A DNA stretch of 64,000 nucleotides from a virus (IMGVR_UViG_3300042256_000013:224001-288000), one strand, 5' to 3'; numbered from the stretch's first letter, positions 20,711-31,677 are shown. Numbers and translations: made by a program. Notes: generated by a model not told the origin, from the letters alone.

Positions 20711-21178
20711 ATGACTAACGAAGCAGTAGGAGCTATCTTTTTATCAAAACGTACTGGACGTATGATGCTTAACTTGCGTTCCGAAACCGTTACGTACTCA
20801 AACAATTGGGGCTTCGTTGGTGGTAAAATAGAACGTGGAGAATCAGCTATCGAAGCTTTGTATAGAGAGATTGCTGAAGAATTGGGAGAATCTGTACCAC
20901 CAATTGAAGATATAATCCCATTTGATGTGTTTTGTACTAAGAATGAAAAATTTAAGTACTATTCATTTATTGTAGTTGTTCAGGATGAGTTTATTCCTGA
21001 ACTTAACGATGAAAGTGCTGGATATTCTTGGGTTAAAATAGGCAACTGGCCTAAACCACTTCATCCCGGAGCAAAGAGTACTTTATACAATATCAATATT
21101 GTTGAAGATATGAATGGTTTATGGGAATCAATAAAAAATGGCAAACCATTTAAAAATAGTTTACCATATCAAATATAA
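20711..21178 (+). CDS. Nudix hydrolase
   Basis: Nudix box GGKIERGESAIEALYREIAEELG; RBS AAGGA before ATG 20711. Confidence 0.85.
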   Translation: MTNEAVGAIFLSKRTGRMMLNLRSETVTYSNNWGFVGGKIERGESAIEALYREIAEELGESVPPIEDIIPFDVFCTKNEKFKYYSFIVVVQDEFIPELNDESAGYSWVKIGNWPKPLHPGAKSTLYNINIVEDMNGLWESIKNGKPFKNSLPYQI

Positions 21179-21204
21179 AAAGGAGGCATATGCCTCCTTT
21201 TTTT
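21177..21204. terminator. Bidirectional terminator
   Basis: AAAAAGGAGGCA/TGCCTCCTTTTT between convergent genes. Confidence 0.85.
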
Positions 21205-22309
21205 ATACTCCAACAGGTGGAATACCAGTTAAGTTTAGTAACGCTGACCATTGAGTTAAGGTTGTTGCACCCGCATTCAAATCAGATATTGTTGCTTCAA
21301 TTCTGAAACCTAAATGTTTTGTACTGTTCAAAGACGCAGTAACATATGTATTATAATCTGCTTGTGTTGTTCCCAAACGACTTGGAAGAGTTGTATCTTC
21401 TCCGTTAATTACAACATTAATTGACCAGGTTCTATCTAGACTGTCAATAGTATCAACTATTTGAGTCAATGATGCAATTTTACGTGGATCAGGAATCTGA
21501 TTTGCAGTAACTGCACCCGGTACAATTGTACCTTTATTATCTACATAAAACGATCCTTTAACTAACCAAGTACTGTATATACTTGGGAATGGAATAATAG
21601 CACCAGTAGAAACATCAGTATTAACTTGACGACCCATGATTTTTAATTCATAAAAATAGTTCGACCCGAATTGTAACACACTATCACCATTTTGGAAAGT
21701 AACCCATCCATCAGAATCAGTAATGCTTGCCCCACCTAAATTAAAATATGCTATAGTTTTAGTAGCAGTACTTTGAGTAAAAGCAATATATTTGAAACCA
21801 ACATCGTAGTTAATATCTAATAGTGATGAATATTCTTTATTCATTGGTCGTGTGGTTTGAATTTCACGCCATTCTTTATTTTTCATTAAACACATCAAAC
21901 GGTCGCCGTTATTGGTAAGAACCATACGACCCATGATAGAAGTGTCACCGTCTGGAACAGTGTTGAATAAAGTAATCATCGGAATACTTGCCCAATCCAA
22001 TTCAGTACTTGGATTAGTGTTATCTGGTTGTCTAGCACTATCTACAAGAGATATTAATAGTTCACCAGTTCCAGAAGTATTTCTGTACCATAATTGACCA
22101 GGCACCGACCCTAACGGACGTGATTGACCTGCAAAGTTCTCAGCAAGCCACAAGAAGTTTTCATTCAATGCTTGACCGTAACCAACTTTATCACGACCCA
22201 GCAAGTTAATTGGAACAGGGTTTGAATTGGGTTGATTTGGTCCCAAAATTATGTTATTTGCTACTGATGCATAGATTTTCCCATTACTACGCTTGATAAT
22301 ATAGTTCAT
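21203..22309 (-). CDS. Putative virion structural (baseplate/fibre-associated) protein
   Basis: LLGR..VGYG..LNENFLWLAENFA...P....GQLWY N-terminal motif typical of jumbo-phage fibre/baseplate proteins. Confidence 0.55.
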   Translation of the reverse strand: MNYIIKRSNGKIYASVANNIILGPNQPNSNPVPINLLGRDKVGYGQALNENFLWLAENFAGQSRPLGSVPGQLWYRNTSGTGELLISLVDSARQPDNTNPSTELDWASIPMITLFNTVPDGDTSIMGRMVLTNNGDRLMCLMKNKEWREIQTTRPMNKEYSSLLDINYDVGFKYIAFTQSTATKTIAYFNLGGASITDSDGWVTFQNGDSVLQFGSNYFYELKIMGRQVNTDVSTGAIIPFPSIYSTWLVKGSFYVDNKGTIVPGAVTANQIPDPRKIASLTQIVDTIDSLDRTWSINVVINGEDTTLPSRLGTTQADYNTYVTASLNSTKHLGFRIEATISDLNAGATTLTQWSALLNLTGIPPVGV

Positions 22310-22321
22310 GTATATCTCCTA

Positions 22322-22930
22322 TTATTGTAACTGTACTCGTACTGTATACTTAATTTGAAGAATACGGTTCGCACTTTTTTCAACTGGATGGAAAATAATA
22401 TGAGATAGAGCCATACCAGAATCACCATTAGTATAAAGACCTAATTCATCAAATACATAATTTCCTTCCATATCAGTCGTTGAACTGACATTTTGATCTG
22501 ATGGTTCACCCAATCCAAGAGTACATAAACAAACAATATCAGTATAAACCTGGCCTGGAATATGAACAGTACTTACATTATTATATTCAGATTCTACACC
22601 AGCATTAACATTAGCATTAATTTTTTTCACATATGTCTCTGAATAAAGACCGCCAAAAGAACTAATACGTGGAGTTTTATAAGTTACTCGTCCAGTACTA
22701 AGAACTACAGTACCACCATTACCGAATCTCATTTCTGAAATAGCACCTAAACTAATACCTAATGAATCTTCACTATTAGCAAGAGCATACGCAATAGCTT
22801 GGCTCATATTTTCAGGATGTATTGCGTTAGATTTGTCAACGACAATTGAAACATTTTCAGGATCAGTAATATCGGTAATTAGCACGTGTCCTTTAACAAA
22901 TAGTCTTGGAAGTTCAGTTTTGTTATTCAT
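22322..22930 (-). CDS. Putative baseplate/tail structural protein
   Basis: FGNGG, FDELGLY, HIIFHPVEKSANR..QIKYTVR; in late operon. Confidence 0.55.
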   Translation of the reverse strand: MNNKTELPRLFVKGHVLITDITDPENVSIVVDKSNAIHPENMSQAIAYALANSEDSLGISLGAISEMRFGNGGTVVLSTGRVTYKTPRISSFGGLYSETYVKKINANVNAGVESEYNNVSTVHIPGQVYTDIVCLCTLGLGEPSDQNVSSTTDMEGNYVFDELGLYTNGDSGMALSHIIFHPVEKSANRILQIKYTVRVQLQ

Positions 22931-22940
22931 TTCTAATCCC

Positions 22941-23438
22941 TTAGTAATTAATTTGTACTTCTTCTAACTTACCTGCCATTTGCTTCTGAAGCAATGATGG
23001 TTCACCACTGATATAGTTACGATCTATACCAACACGTAAGTAAGTGAAGTTACCGACAACGTTTTCTGCAAATGTACCAGTTACACCATGTTGATAAATG
23101 GTTATTTCTGAATCAGGATTGTAGATTCGCGTGTCAGTGAATTCTATATAAAAATTGCAACATTCTTGGAATTTGATTGGAAACCAATCTGCTTCAGTAG
23201 GTTCACTCGCTAATGTTGCTTGCACATAAATGCGTCCAATGAAATTACGTAATGTAAATGCGAGTGTATGTAAACCTGAAGTACTGCCATAATAACCACC
23301 AGCAGCAAGTGGTAGTGAAACTTCATTCCAATGGTAATCATTATTAGTGTTGTACCATGAATCTGAATCTTGATAATCAAGTTCTTCACTATCTTTACTT
23401 GTTCTTCTAAAAAGAAAATTCTTTGATCTTAAAGCCAT
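22941..23438 (-). CDS. Putative virion structural protein
   Basis: 165 aa; late-promoter motif at 23471; FIGRIYVQATLA..P...DWF, GNFTYLR. Confidence 0.5.
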   Translation of the reverse strand: MALRSKNFLFRRTSKDSEELDYQDSDSWYNTNNDYHWNEVSLPLAAGGYYGSTSGLHTLAFTLRNFIGRIYVQATLASEPTEADWFPIKFQECCNFYIEFTDTRIYNPDSEITIYQHGVTGTFAENVVGNFTYLRVGIDRNYISGEPSLLQKQMAGKLEEVQINY

Positions 23439-23470
23439 TGTCTTGTAGCCCTCTATAATGAACTTTTACT

Positions 23471-23508
23471 TATTTATGGCATAGCTCTTTCCAGAAAGAG
23501 GATAAATA
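23471..23508. promoter_or_regulatory. Divergent pair of late promoters
   Basis: TATTTAT at 23471 (minus) and ATAAATA at 23502 (plus) between divergent structural genes. Confidence 0.7.
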
Positions 23509-23543
23509 TTTGTAATATGACATAACATAAAAGGAATGAACTT

Positions 23544-24677
23544 ATGACAATTTCATTTAATAATGGGTCTTCAGGTTCTTGTAATTGTTCAGGTATTAAC
23601 AATTTAGTGATCAACAATGCAGGTCATTTGATAGTTACATATGATGACAATACTATTCAAGATTTGGGTCAAGTAGTTGGTGCCGATGGTGCGAACGGAA
23701 CAAACTTTTATCCGAATGAAATAGGATTTGTAATTCCAGACAGTACTTTCGATCTTGACAAAGATATTGGTTGGTCGTACTTAAGTCTGTTGATTAACAG
23801 TACTCAAACTGTACCTACCATCTATTTTAAAACCAATGCAGCTAATTCTCCTACCGCAACGTGGGTGAGTGCACCGTTTGGTCAAGGTGCAAAAGGTGAT
23901 GAAGGTGAACCGTTCCATATTGATTCTCAAGGCACAATTAAACCAACAACTGGATTAACTGATAATTATACATTTTTAGATACAACTGACGGTACTATTT
24001 GGATTTATGATTTAGATACCTTAACCTGGGCTGGTCCATATCAATTCCGTGGTCCACAAGGTCTACAAGGTAGATTCATTATTGATTCCCAAGGAGATAC
24101 TTTCCCTGTAATTACTAACTTAAATCCTGGATATACATTCTATGCAACCGATACTGGTTTCTTGTATTATGTAGTTCAAGATACTATTACACTTCAAAAA
24201 TCTTGGAGTCCAGGAATTTTATTCCGTGGTCCAAAAGGTGAACAAGGTGATAAAGGTATACAAGGCGATGCTGGTTCTGATGCTAATAATATCTATGCAA
24301 TAAAAAACATTATTGACACTTCTTACGAAAACGCATTACTGGTTATTGGTAAAGTACCAGCAGGTTATTTGGTAACACGCATTGAAGTAACAGTACAAAA
24401 TGCTTATGATTTAACTGTTAATGAGTTAACGGTACGTTTCGGTGGTACAGCACAATCTGATGAAGGTAGTACTGATATTGCTCCACCAGATTATTTTGAT
24501 ATTAATACTGCACAACGTTATATAGTTGATGAAGTAAATCATGTAATCAGTAATAATGAAGAAATTCTATCGTGTGTATTCAACGAATCTGTAAACAATA
24601 GTGAAGTAGGTTTAATGACTATTATTTGTACTATTGCTAAACAACTTCCAATTACACCAATCGAAGACAACATTTAA
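23544..24677 (+). CDS. Collagen-like (Gly-X-Y) fibre protein
   Basis: GPKGEQGDKGIQGDAGSD and other GXY runs; repeated F.IDSQG...YTF..TDTG module. Confidence 0.65.
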   Translation: MTISFNNGSSGSCNCSGINNLVINNAGHLIVTYDDNTIQDLGQVVGADGANGTNFYPNEIGFVIPDSTFDLDKDIGWSYLSLLINSTQTVPTIYFKTNAANSPTATWVSAPFGQGAKGDEGEPFHIDSQGTIKPTTGLTDNYTFLDTTDGTIWIYDLDTLTWAGPYQFRGPQGLQGRFIIDSQGDTFPVITNLNPGYTFYATDTGFLYYVVQDTITLQKSWSPGILFRGPKGEQGDKGIQGDAGSDANNIYAIKNIIDTSYENALLVIGKVPAGYLVTRIEVTVQNAYDLTVNELTVRFGGTAQSDEGSTDIAPPDYFDINTAQRYIVDEVNHVISNNEEILSCVFNESVNNSEVGLMTIICTIAKQLPITPIEDNI

Positions 24678-24684
24678 AAAAAAT

Positions 24685-24710
24685 AAGGGAGATCATATCT
24701 CCCTTTTTTT
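24685..24710 (+). terminator. Intrinsic terminator
   Basis: AAGGGAGAT-CAT-ATCTCCCTT plus T run. Confidence 0.8.
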
Positions 24711-24759
24711 ATTGTGTAGATAAATATTATAAACACAAACTCATAGGAGAAAGTAACCG

Positions 24760-25620
24760 ATGGCAGTTTTTTCTAATTTAGAAGGAACCATGAAGAGGTC
24801 GTTTATCCTTGGTAAAAATGGTGCTAAGCTATCTTTTGATAGTGGAGCACTGGTTGTACGTAATTATCAAGATACATCTCTCATTCCAATTAGTGCGGCA
24901 GACCCGACTTCCGGTACTCACCTTGTAACTTTACAGTACTTGAACACTCATGGTGGTGGTTCAGGTAATACTCTACGTGGAACGGTTGATCCTGATCCAA
25001 GTTTGGGTATTGATGGTGATGTATACTACAAAGTTGATGATACCAGTATTTTACAAATTTATATTAAAGATTTAGGAATCTGGAAACCTTTTAGTTCAGC
25101 CCCAGCACAAGACTCAGATTATGTTTCTACAACCGTAGCTACACCTTCTGATTTCCAACAAGTAGGTTCTAATTACGTTTATACCTTACCTGAAACAACA
25201 CATGGTCGTGGTTCAGACATTATAGTACAACTTCAAGGTTCTACTGGTGATGTTCAGAATGCGAACTTAAGTGTAGATTCTTCTGGTAATATTACTGTAA
25301 CTTCAGGAACACTACCTACAGGTAACATTAACGTAGTAATTATAGGAGAAACTACTTTGTCTACACCATTTAGTCGATTAATTAATAAAGCCGATTGGAC
25401 AGTTTCTGGTTCAGAATTTACTCTGTCTATTTCACAGGCTACACATGGTCAGGCTGCTGGGGCAATATTCCTTGCTGTTTATGAAAACAGTATAGATAGT
25501 GCTACAAGTGCATCGCCTTATCAAGTCACTGCTGTACAAACAGCAATTGATGGTTCCGGTAATATCACATTAACTGCATCAGTACGATTCAGTGGGAAAG
25601 TGGTAATCAGCGGAAAATAA
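24760..25620 (+). CDS. Putative fibre-associated virion protein
   Basis: G..DPDPSLGIDGDVYY motif; two THG-containing beta repeats; late promoter. Confidence 0.55.
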   Translation: MAVFSNLEGTMKRSFILGKNGAKLSFDSGALVVRNYQDTSLIPISAADPTSGTHLVTLQYLNTHGGGSGNTLRGTVDPDPSLGIDGDVYYKVDDTSILQIYIKDLGIWKPFSSAPAQDSDYVSTTVATPSDFQQVGSNYVYTLPETTHGRGSDIIVQLQGSTGDVQNANLSVDSSGNITVTSGTLPTGNINVVIIGETTLSTPFSRLINKADWTVSGSEFTLSISQATHGQAAGAIFLAVYENSIDSATSASPYQVTAVQTAIDGSGNITLTASVRFSGKVVISGK

Positions 25621-25713
25621 CAATTAGTTTGATGTTTAAATCAACTAATACCACAACAGCATGTTTAGGTATGACAATGATAGTTGAAAAACTTGATTAA
25701 TTAAAAAAAATAC

Positions 25714-25749
25714 AAAAAGTTAGAATTTAACGGTTCTGACTTTTTTTTT
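25714..25749 (+). terminator. Intrinsic terminator
   Basis: AAAAAGTTAGAA/TTCTGACTTTTT stem plus T9. Confidence 0.6.
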
Positions 25750-25847
25750 CTTATTATGGTACTCTTATGGGAGAAGCCATAATAAATACATAAAATAATG
25801 ATTTGGGATAAAAGTTTTTCCATATTCAAATCCAACGGAGGGATTAC

Positions 25848-28800
25848 ATGTATTCTATAAAAACTGATCTTGACGTATCTGGTAATCAAACGATCCAAAA
25901 AGATCTTTTGGTTAACGGTAGTGCAGTCATTACGAATGATTTAACCGTAGGTGGTACAATCAACTTCGCTAATGCTACATTTACTCAGATTACTGTCACT
26001 GGAACAGCGAATCTTAACAACGTAACCTCAACAGGTACAGCTACATTGAATAATGTAAACGTTTCTGGTAATACAGTACTTGGTGATTCCGGCACTGATA
26101 CTGTTACCGTAAATGGCGTTTCAACATTCAATGCTGATATTACTGCTAAAAGCAATGTATCTATTGAAGGAAATACTGTTGTTGGTAACGCAAGTTCCGA
26201 CACTTTAACAGTTAATGCAACAAGCACATTCGTAGCTCCTGCTACATTCAATGGTGATGTTACTATAGGTGACGCTGCTGCTGATGCTTTGACTGTAAAT
26301 TCCACTGCGAATTTAAAAAATAACGTAACTATTGGTGAAAACGCCGCTGACGTTTTAACTGTTAATAGTACCTCTAACTTTGCTAACAATGTTACTCTTG
26401 GTTCGGACGCAACTGATTCACTAACGGTGAATGCTACAACAAATATTAAGAACAACATGATTATTGGTGAGAATGCTACTGATACATTGGTTATCAATAG
26501 TACTACCACTATTGCGGGTCCACTAACTGCTGATGATATAAATGTCGGCGGAACTTTAGTTGTAGCTGGTGGAACTACACTTGAATCACTAACTGTTAAT
26601 GGTTTAACAAACCTTAATGATGATCTAGTAATGGCTTCTGGTACGTCAGCTTCATTTGAAGATGTAATAATTAATGGTACATTAAGTGGTGCTTTTAGTA
26701 TTACTAATGGTAATTTCACTACTTTAAACGTTTCAGGTCAATCAAGCCTACATACTACCACAATTCAAGGTAACTTAACTGGTACAGGATATTCATCTAT
26801 CTTTAATAGCTATGTTGTTAATGGTGCTAGTGGACTAATTAGTTTCAACTATAATGATCCAGCACGTCCAAGTGATATTAAAACAAGTATTGAACCATAT
26901 AAACTTAGTACTAATGAAATTCAAATCAATGTTGGTGATATTCAACGTGCTACTATTGGTGATGTAACTTATTCTGATTATGGTTTAACCGCTCTTGGTA
27001 AAGCAAAAATTGATTACTTGGATATTACAGGTAACAGTACTACTGGTACAGATCGTCCACAACTAACAGTTGCTGGTGAATCAACATTTGCAGGTAATGT
27101 AACTGTTGGTACTGGAACTACAACTACTGTTAATGATTTAGTTATAACTGGTTCCGTAACTGGTATTAGTTTCTCTGATCTTGATATTACTGGTGATTTA
27201 ACAGTTGCTGGAACTTCGGATTTCACTCAGAAAGCAACATTTGTAGATCTTGAAAGTACTAATAAAGCAACATTCAACGATGTTGAAATTAATGGTGATC
27301 TAACTGGTTCATTCACTATCACTAATGGTCAATTTGGTACAATTTCAGTAACTGGTCAAAGTAGTTTAAACTCTGTAGTACTAAGTGGTAACTTAACTGG
27401 TACAACTCAAGCTGCTACATTCCAAACTTACAACGTTGCTGGACAAACTGGTGTAATTCAGTTCCAATACAACGATGGTTCTGGTCATATTCGTTCTTCT
27501 ATTGAACCATATAAAATTAGTTCATACGAATTCCAGGGTGATATTGCTGATTTTAATCGCCTAACAACTGGTGATGTAACATTCGCAACCTATGGACTAA
27601 CAGGTGCTGGTCTAAACAAACTAGATTACTTAGATATTACAGGTAACTCTACCACTGGTACTAACCGTGCACAATTAACAGTTGCTGGTAAAGCAGTGTT
27701 TAATGGTGATGTAGAATTCCACGGTCTAGTAAGTGGACTAACTGTTGATCTAACAGGACAAGATATTACTCCTAAATCAGTAGTTGCAAATGAATCCCTA
27801 GAATCAACAACAACAACTGTTGTCGGTACTGATTTAACTGTTGGTGGATTTGCACATATTACTGGTGATGTTAATGCTGGTTCTCTTGATGTTGACGGTG
27901 CTTCTACTTTCGGTGGAAATATAACTGTTGAAGGTCAAACTGTAACTGTAAAAGATTTAGTTGTAACTGGTACTACTACTGGTGTTACTGCTGTTGCTGA
28001 TGTTGATGGATTGGATATTAAACCTAATTCAGTTGAAGCTACAACTTCAGTTAAAGCTGCTACTCTTGAAAGTACTGGAACACTAACTGTAGCTGGAAAC
28101 ATCACTTCTGGTGCGGCTGCAATTCAATTAGCTAAAGATACTACCGTAACTGGTACATTAAGAGTTTCTGAATCAGTAATTGCTACTGGTAACTTAATTG
28201 GTGCTGGAGCACAATTAACTGGTCCAGGTACTTCTCTTGCAGTTTCATCTAATGCAACTATTGGTGGTAACTTAACTGTAACTGGTAATACAAACTTCGG
28301 TTCAACTACTGGAACAACGACTATCCATGATTTAGTTGTAACAGGTACTACCACTGGTGTTACTGTAACTGCTAACGTAGATGGTTTAGATATTAAACCT
28401 AATTCTGTTGAAGTTGATACTACTTTAGATGTAACTGGAGCTACAACCTTAGCTGGTTTAACTGCTGGTGCAACAACTGTTGGTTCTCTAAGTACTACTG
28501 GTAATGTTCAAGCTGCTACTGCTTCCATAACTGGTGCTCTAACTGCTGGTTCACTTGTAACTGCTTCTATTGGTAATTCAACAAATAATGTAACCGTAAG
28601 TTCTCCATTAATTGCTTCTGATGATTTAACAGTACAAGGTACATTGATCCTTGCTGGTGCATTAGATTTATCTGCTGTTGATGTTGATGCTAAATCAATC
28701 ACAACAACTGAAGGTGCAACTATTGGTGGTAATCTAGTTGTAAGTGGTTCTGTAGACTTATCAAGTTCTAATGTTACTGCTATCAATTATACTGCTACAA

Positions 28801-31010
28801 GCACAACTGTTGCTAACTTACTTCCAGTACTAAGTTCTACAACTGCCACTATTGGTACAGTTAATGCAACTACACTTAGTGCAACTGGTACTACAACTTT
28901 AGCTGGACTAAATGCAGGAAATACCGCAATTACTGGTACTCTAAGTACTACTGGTCTTGCAACATTGAACTCCGCAACTGTAACTGGTGTAGCAACATTT
29001 AATGGTAACATTACTTCTGCTAACGCAACAGTGGCAATTGCTAAAAACACTGCAATTACAGGTAACTTAAATGTTACAGGTACATTAACTGCTGGTGTTA
29101 TTGATTTAAGTACTACTGATGTAACAGTACAATCACTTGTTTCAAGTGGTAATGCTCACATTGAAGGTGATTTAGTAGTTGATGGTGCATTCGATTTAAG
29201 TTCTACTAATATTTCTGCTGCTTCTCTAGCAAGTACAGGCGACACCACTGTTGGTCAAGATTTAATTCTAACGACTGGTTTCATTACAGGTTCACCATCC
29301 ATTTCTGGTAATACCACAATGGCAGGTTCACTAACTGTAACTGGTATAACTTATCTAAGTAGTGTTGAAACAACTGGTACTGCACAATTGAATAGTGCTA
29401 CTGTAGGTACTACATTGGGTGTAACTGGTGCAACTACTTTAAGTACTGTAAGTACTTCAGGTCTTGCAACATTGAACTCTGTAACTGTTTCAGGTGCAGC
29501 AACATTTAATGGTAATACTACTATTGGTGATGCAAGTGCTGATACATTAACAGTTAACGCAACAAGTACATTTGCTAATAACGTGACCGTAAATGGTACA
29601 TTCACTCCAGCAGGTGGATTGAACTTAGGTTCTGCTGCATTGAACGTTGCTTCAGTAACTACTACTGGTGTTGTATCTGTTGGTACTAACGCAACAGTTG
29701 GTGGAACTCTAGGTGTAACTGGTACAAGTACACTAGGTGTATTGAACTCTGGAAATCATGGTATCACTGGTACTCTAACAGTTTCAGGTGCTTCTACATT
29801 AGCTGCTGTAAATGCTACAAGCCTAACTACTACTGGTGTGATTACAGTTAACGGTACTGCGGTATCTAAGATTCAAAATCTACAAGTAGGTACTGGTACT
29901 CCAGATAATACTAAAGTACTAAACGTATTTGGTGATTCAACAATTACTGGTGATTTAGCTGTAACTGGTGTAATTAACGCAGAAATTGACCTAACATCAC
30001 GTGATATTAAACCTCGTAACATTGAAGCTTCTGGTAATATTAAAGTAAGTGATTTCCTAGAAGTAGGTACAACACTAACTGCTGCTGCTGCTGTTCTTGG
30101 GGCTACTGGTTCAACCAATAATAACCTACAAGTTAATGGTAATGCAACTTATACCGGAAACCTAACAGTTGGTGGTGTAATCTTTGGTTCATTCGATCAG
30201 TCAAACTCTGACGTAACTATGAAATCACTACATGTAACCACTTCTGGTGTAATTGATACTTCCCTAACAGTTGGTACTACATTAGGTGTAACTGGTGCTA
30301 CGACTCTAAGTACTTTAAGTACTTCTGGTGCAGCGACTCTGGCTTCTGCTGGTATCACTGGAAACGCAACAGTTGGCGGAACATTAGGTGTAACTGGAGC
30401 AACTACTTTAGCTGGTCTAAGTGCAGGTAATACAGCAATCACTGGTACACTAAGTACTACTGGACTTGCAACTCTTAACAGTCTAACTGTTACAGGTGCA
30501 GTAGCTCTAAATGGTAACTCTGTAATTGGTGATGCAAGTACTGATACTTTAACTGTTAATGCTACAAGTACATTTGCTGGTAACACAACAGTAAATAACC
30601 TAACAGTAAATGGTACTTTAAATTATGACTTGTCAAATGTTAATACTACTTCTGTTACAACTGGTACGTACTATGTTAAACAACATGCTGCTCAAACTGT
30701 AACATCAACTGCTCCTGCAACGCCTTGGACACCAGATGGTACAAGTAATGTGTATAACCTTACAGTATCAGGTACAAGTACTAATACAATTAGTATTCAA
30801 GATATTACTGGTGCAACCACTAAAGGTGCTGGATCATGGTTTATCTATGTAACTCAAGATGCTACTGGTGGATGTGGTGTGAACTTCGGCTCTAATTATA
30901 AAATTATTGGCGGTTCAGTAAGCACCAATGCTAACACTACAAGTATCTGTCAAGTTGTTTACTGCGGTATTGGTTCTATCTTCGATGTGTTCATAGCACA
31001 ACGCCCATAA
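25848..31010 (+). CDS. Long repetitive fibre protein (1720 aa, beta-rich repeats)
   Basis: Thr/Gly/Val/Asn-rich; repeated G(D/E)xxxDTLTVNATSTF; C-terminal TQDATGG motif; followed by chaperone-like gene. Confidence 0.8.
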   Translation: MYSIKTDLDVSGNQTIQKDLLVNGSAVITNDLTVGGTINFANATFTQITVTGTANLNNVTSTGTATLNNVNVSGNTVLGDSGTDTVTVNGVSTFNADITAKSNVSIEGNTVVGNASSDTLTVNATSTFVAPATFNGDVTIGDAAADALTVNSTANLKNNVTIGENAADVLTVNSTSNFANNVTLGSDATDSLTVNATTNIKNNMIIGENATDTLVINSTTTIAGPLTADDINVGGTLVVAGGTTLESLTVNGLTNLNDDLVMASGTSASFEDVIINGTLSGAFSITNGNFTTLNVSGQSSLHTTTIQGNLTGTGYSSIFNSYVVNGASGLISFNYNDPARPSDIKTSIEPYKLSTNEIQINVGDIQRATIGDVTYSDYGLTALGKAKIDYLDITGNSTTGTDRPQLTVAGESTFAGNVTVGTGTTTTVNDLVITGSVTGISFSDLDITGDLTVAGTSDFTQKATFVDLESTNKATFNDVEINGDLTGSFTITNGQFGTISVTGQSSLNSVVLSGNLTGTTQAATFQTYNVAGQTGVIQFQYNDGSGHIRSSIEPYKISSYEFQGDIADFNRLTTGDVTFATYGLTGAGLNKLDYLDITGNSTTGTNRAQLTVAGKAVFNGDVEFHGLVSGLTVDLTGQDITPKSVVANESLESTTTTVVGTDLTVGGFAHITGDVNAGSLDVDGASTFGGNITVEGQTVTVKDLVVTGTTTGVTAVADVDGLDIKPNSVEATTSVKAATLESTGTLTVAGNITSGAAAIQLAKDTTVTGTLRVSESVIATGNLIGAGAQLTGPGTSLAVSSNATIGGNLTVTGNTNFGSTTGTTTIHDLVVTGTTTGVTVTANVDGLDIKPNSVEVDTTLDVTGATTLAGLTAGATTVGSLSTTGNVQAATASITGALTAGSLVTASIGNSTNNVTVSSPLIASDDLTVQGTLILAGALDLSAVDVDAKSITTTEGATIGGNLVVSGSVDLSSSNVTAINYTATSTTVANLLPVLSSTTATIGTVNATTLSATGTTTLAGLNAGNTAITGTLSTTGLATLNSATVTGVATFNGNITSANATVAIAKNTAITGNLNVTGTLTAGVIDLSTTDVTVQSLVSSGNAHIEGDLVVDGAFDLSSTNISAASLASTGDTTVGQDLILTTGFITGSPSISGNTTMAGSLTVTGITYLSSVETTGTAQLNSATVGTTLGVTGATTLSTVSTSGLATLNSVTVSGAATFNGNTTIGDASADTLTVNATSTFANNVTVNGTFTPAGGLNLGSAALNVASVTTTGVVSVGTNATVGGTLGVTGTSTLGVLNSGNHGITGTLTVSGASTLAAVNATSLTTTGVITVNGTAVSKIQNLQVGTGTPDNTKVLNVFGDSTITGDLAVTGVINAEIDLTSRDIKPRNIEASGNIKVSDFLEVGTTLTAAAAVLGATGSTNNNLQVNGNATYTGNLTVGGVIFGSFDQSNSDVTMKSLHVTTSGVIDTSLTVGTTLGVTGATTLSTLSTSGAATLASAGITGNATVGGTLGVTGATTLAGLSAGNTAITGTLSTTGLATLNSLTVTGAVALNGNSVIGDASTDTLTVNATSTFAGNTTVNNLTVNGTLNYDLSNVNTTSVTTGTYYVKQHAAQTVTSTAPATPWTPDGTSNVYNLTVSGTSTNTISIQDITGATTKGAGSWFIYVTQDATGGCGVNFGSNYKIIGGSVSTNANTTSICQVVYCGIGSIFDVFIAQRP
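26661..27740 (+). repeat. Tandem duplication of a ~206-codon module in the long fibre gene
   Basis: DVIINGTLSGAFSITNGNF (26661) vs DVEINGDLTGSFTITNGQF (27279); SIEPYK and DYLDITGNSTTGT.R.QLTVAG occur in both. Confidence 0.8.
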
Positions 31011-31025
31011 TCATAAGGAGATAAT

Positions 31026-31664
31026 ATGATTTACTTATCCGTTCTCAAGGACGAGAACGGATCTTGGTATATTGCCAAGGTCCTAACATCTACGATTAAC
31101 GTTCGTGGAAACGCAACCGGAATTACATATGGTAATATTATTGGTCTTGATTTAGCAACCCGTCTAATGGAAGGGTTCTGGACTCAAGAAGATATATATG
31201 AAAATACTGGCGAATTCATGCAATTCAAAGAAAAAGTTACTACTTTTGATGATGTAAATGGTGTTGTTACCAACACTTACATCTATGAATTAATGGATTT
31301 AGATGTAATTAAAACTGATCTCAGAGGTCGTGTTGACTCAAAACGTGATACAGTATATTTCGGTGGTTTTGAATTTAATGGTAAAACATTTTATTCAGGT
31401 ATAAGTAACCGTAGTAATATTCAACTAATGCTTCTATCATCTCTTGTAGATGAAACAAATTTCCCATCTGATCTAGTTTGGGATACAGTTGATGGTGAAA
31501 GAATCCCAATGGATTTAGCAACCTTCAAACTATTTGCAAAAGCATTAACTGATTTTACACGTACTTTGTTTATCACTGCTCGTTCAATTAAAGATGCTAT
31601 TGATGATGCTACAGATTTCGCTACCATTCGTGCAGCCGCTGCATGGAATGGCGAACTTCTATAA
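31026..31664 (+). CDS. Tail-fibre assembly protein, DUF4376-like
   Basis: RDTVYFGGFEFNGKTF, W.T.D...IPMD, IKDAIDDA pattern; follows fibre gene. Confidence 0.65.
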   Translation: MIYLSVLKDENGSWYIAKVLTSTINVRGNATGITYGNIIGLDLATRLMEGFWTQEDIYENTGEFMQFKEKVTTFDDVNGVVTNTYIYELMDLDVIKTDLRGRVDSKRDTVYFGGFEFNGKTFYSGISNRSNIQLMLLSSLVDETNFPSDLVWDTVDGERIPMDLATFKLFAKALTDFTRTLFITARSIKDAIDDATDFATIRAAAAWNGELL

Positions 31665-31677
31665 TTTAATTAATATT

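Noticed and set aside
25848-31664. Diversity-generating retroelement or invertible fibre cassette
   Set aside because: No reverse transcriptase, recombinase, adenine-specific repeat pair or inverted crossover sites seen in the window.
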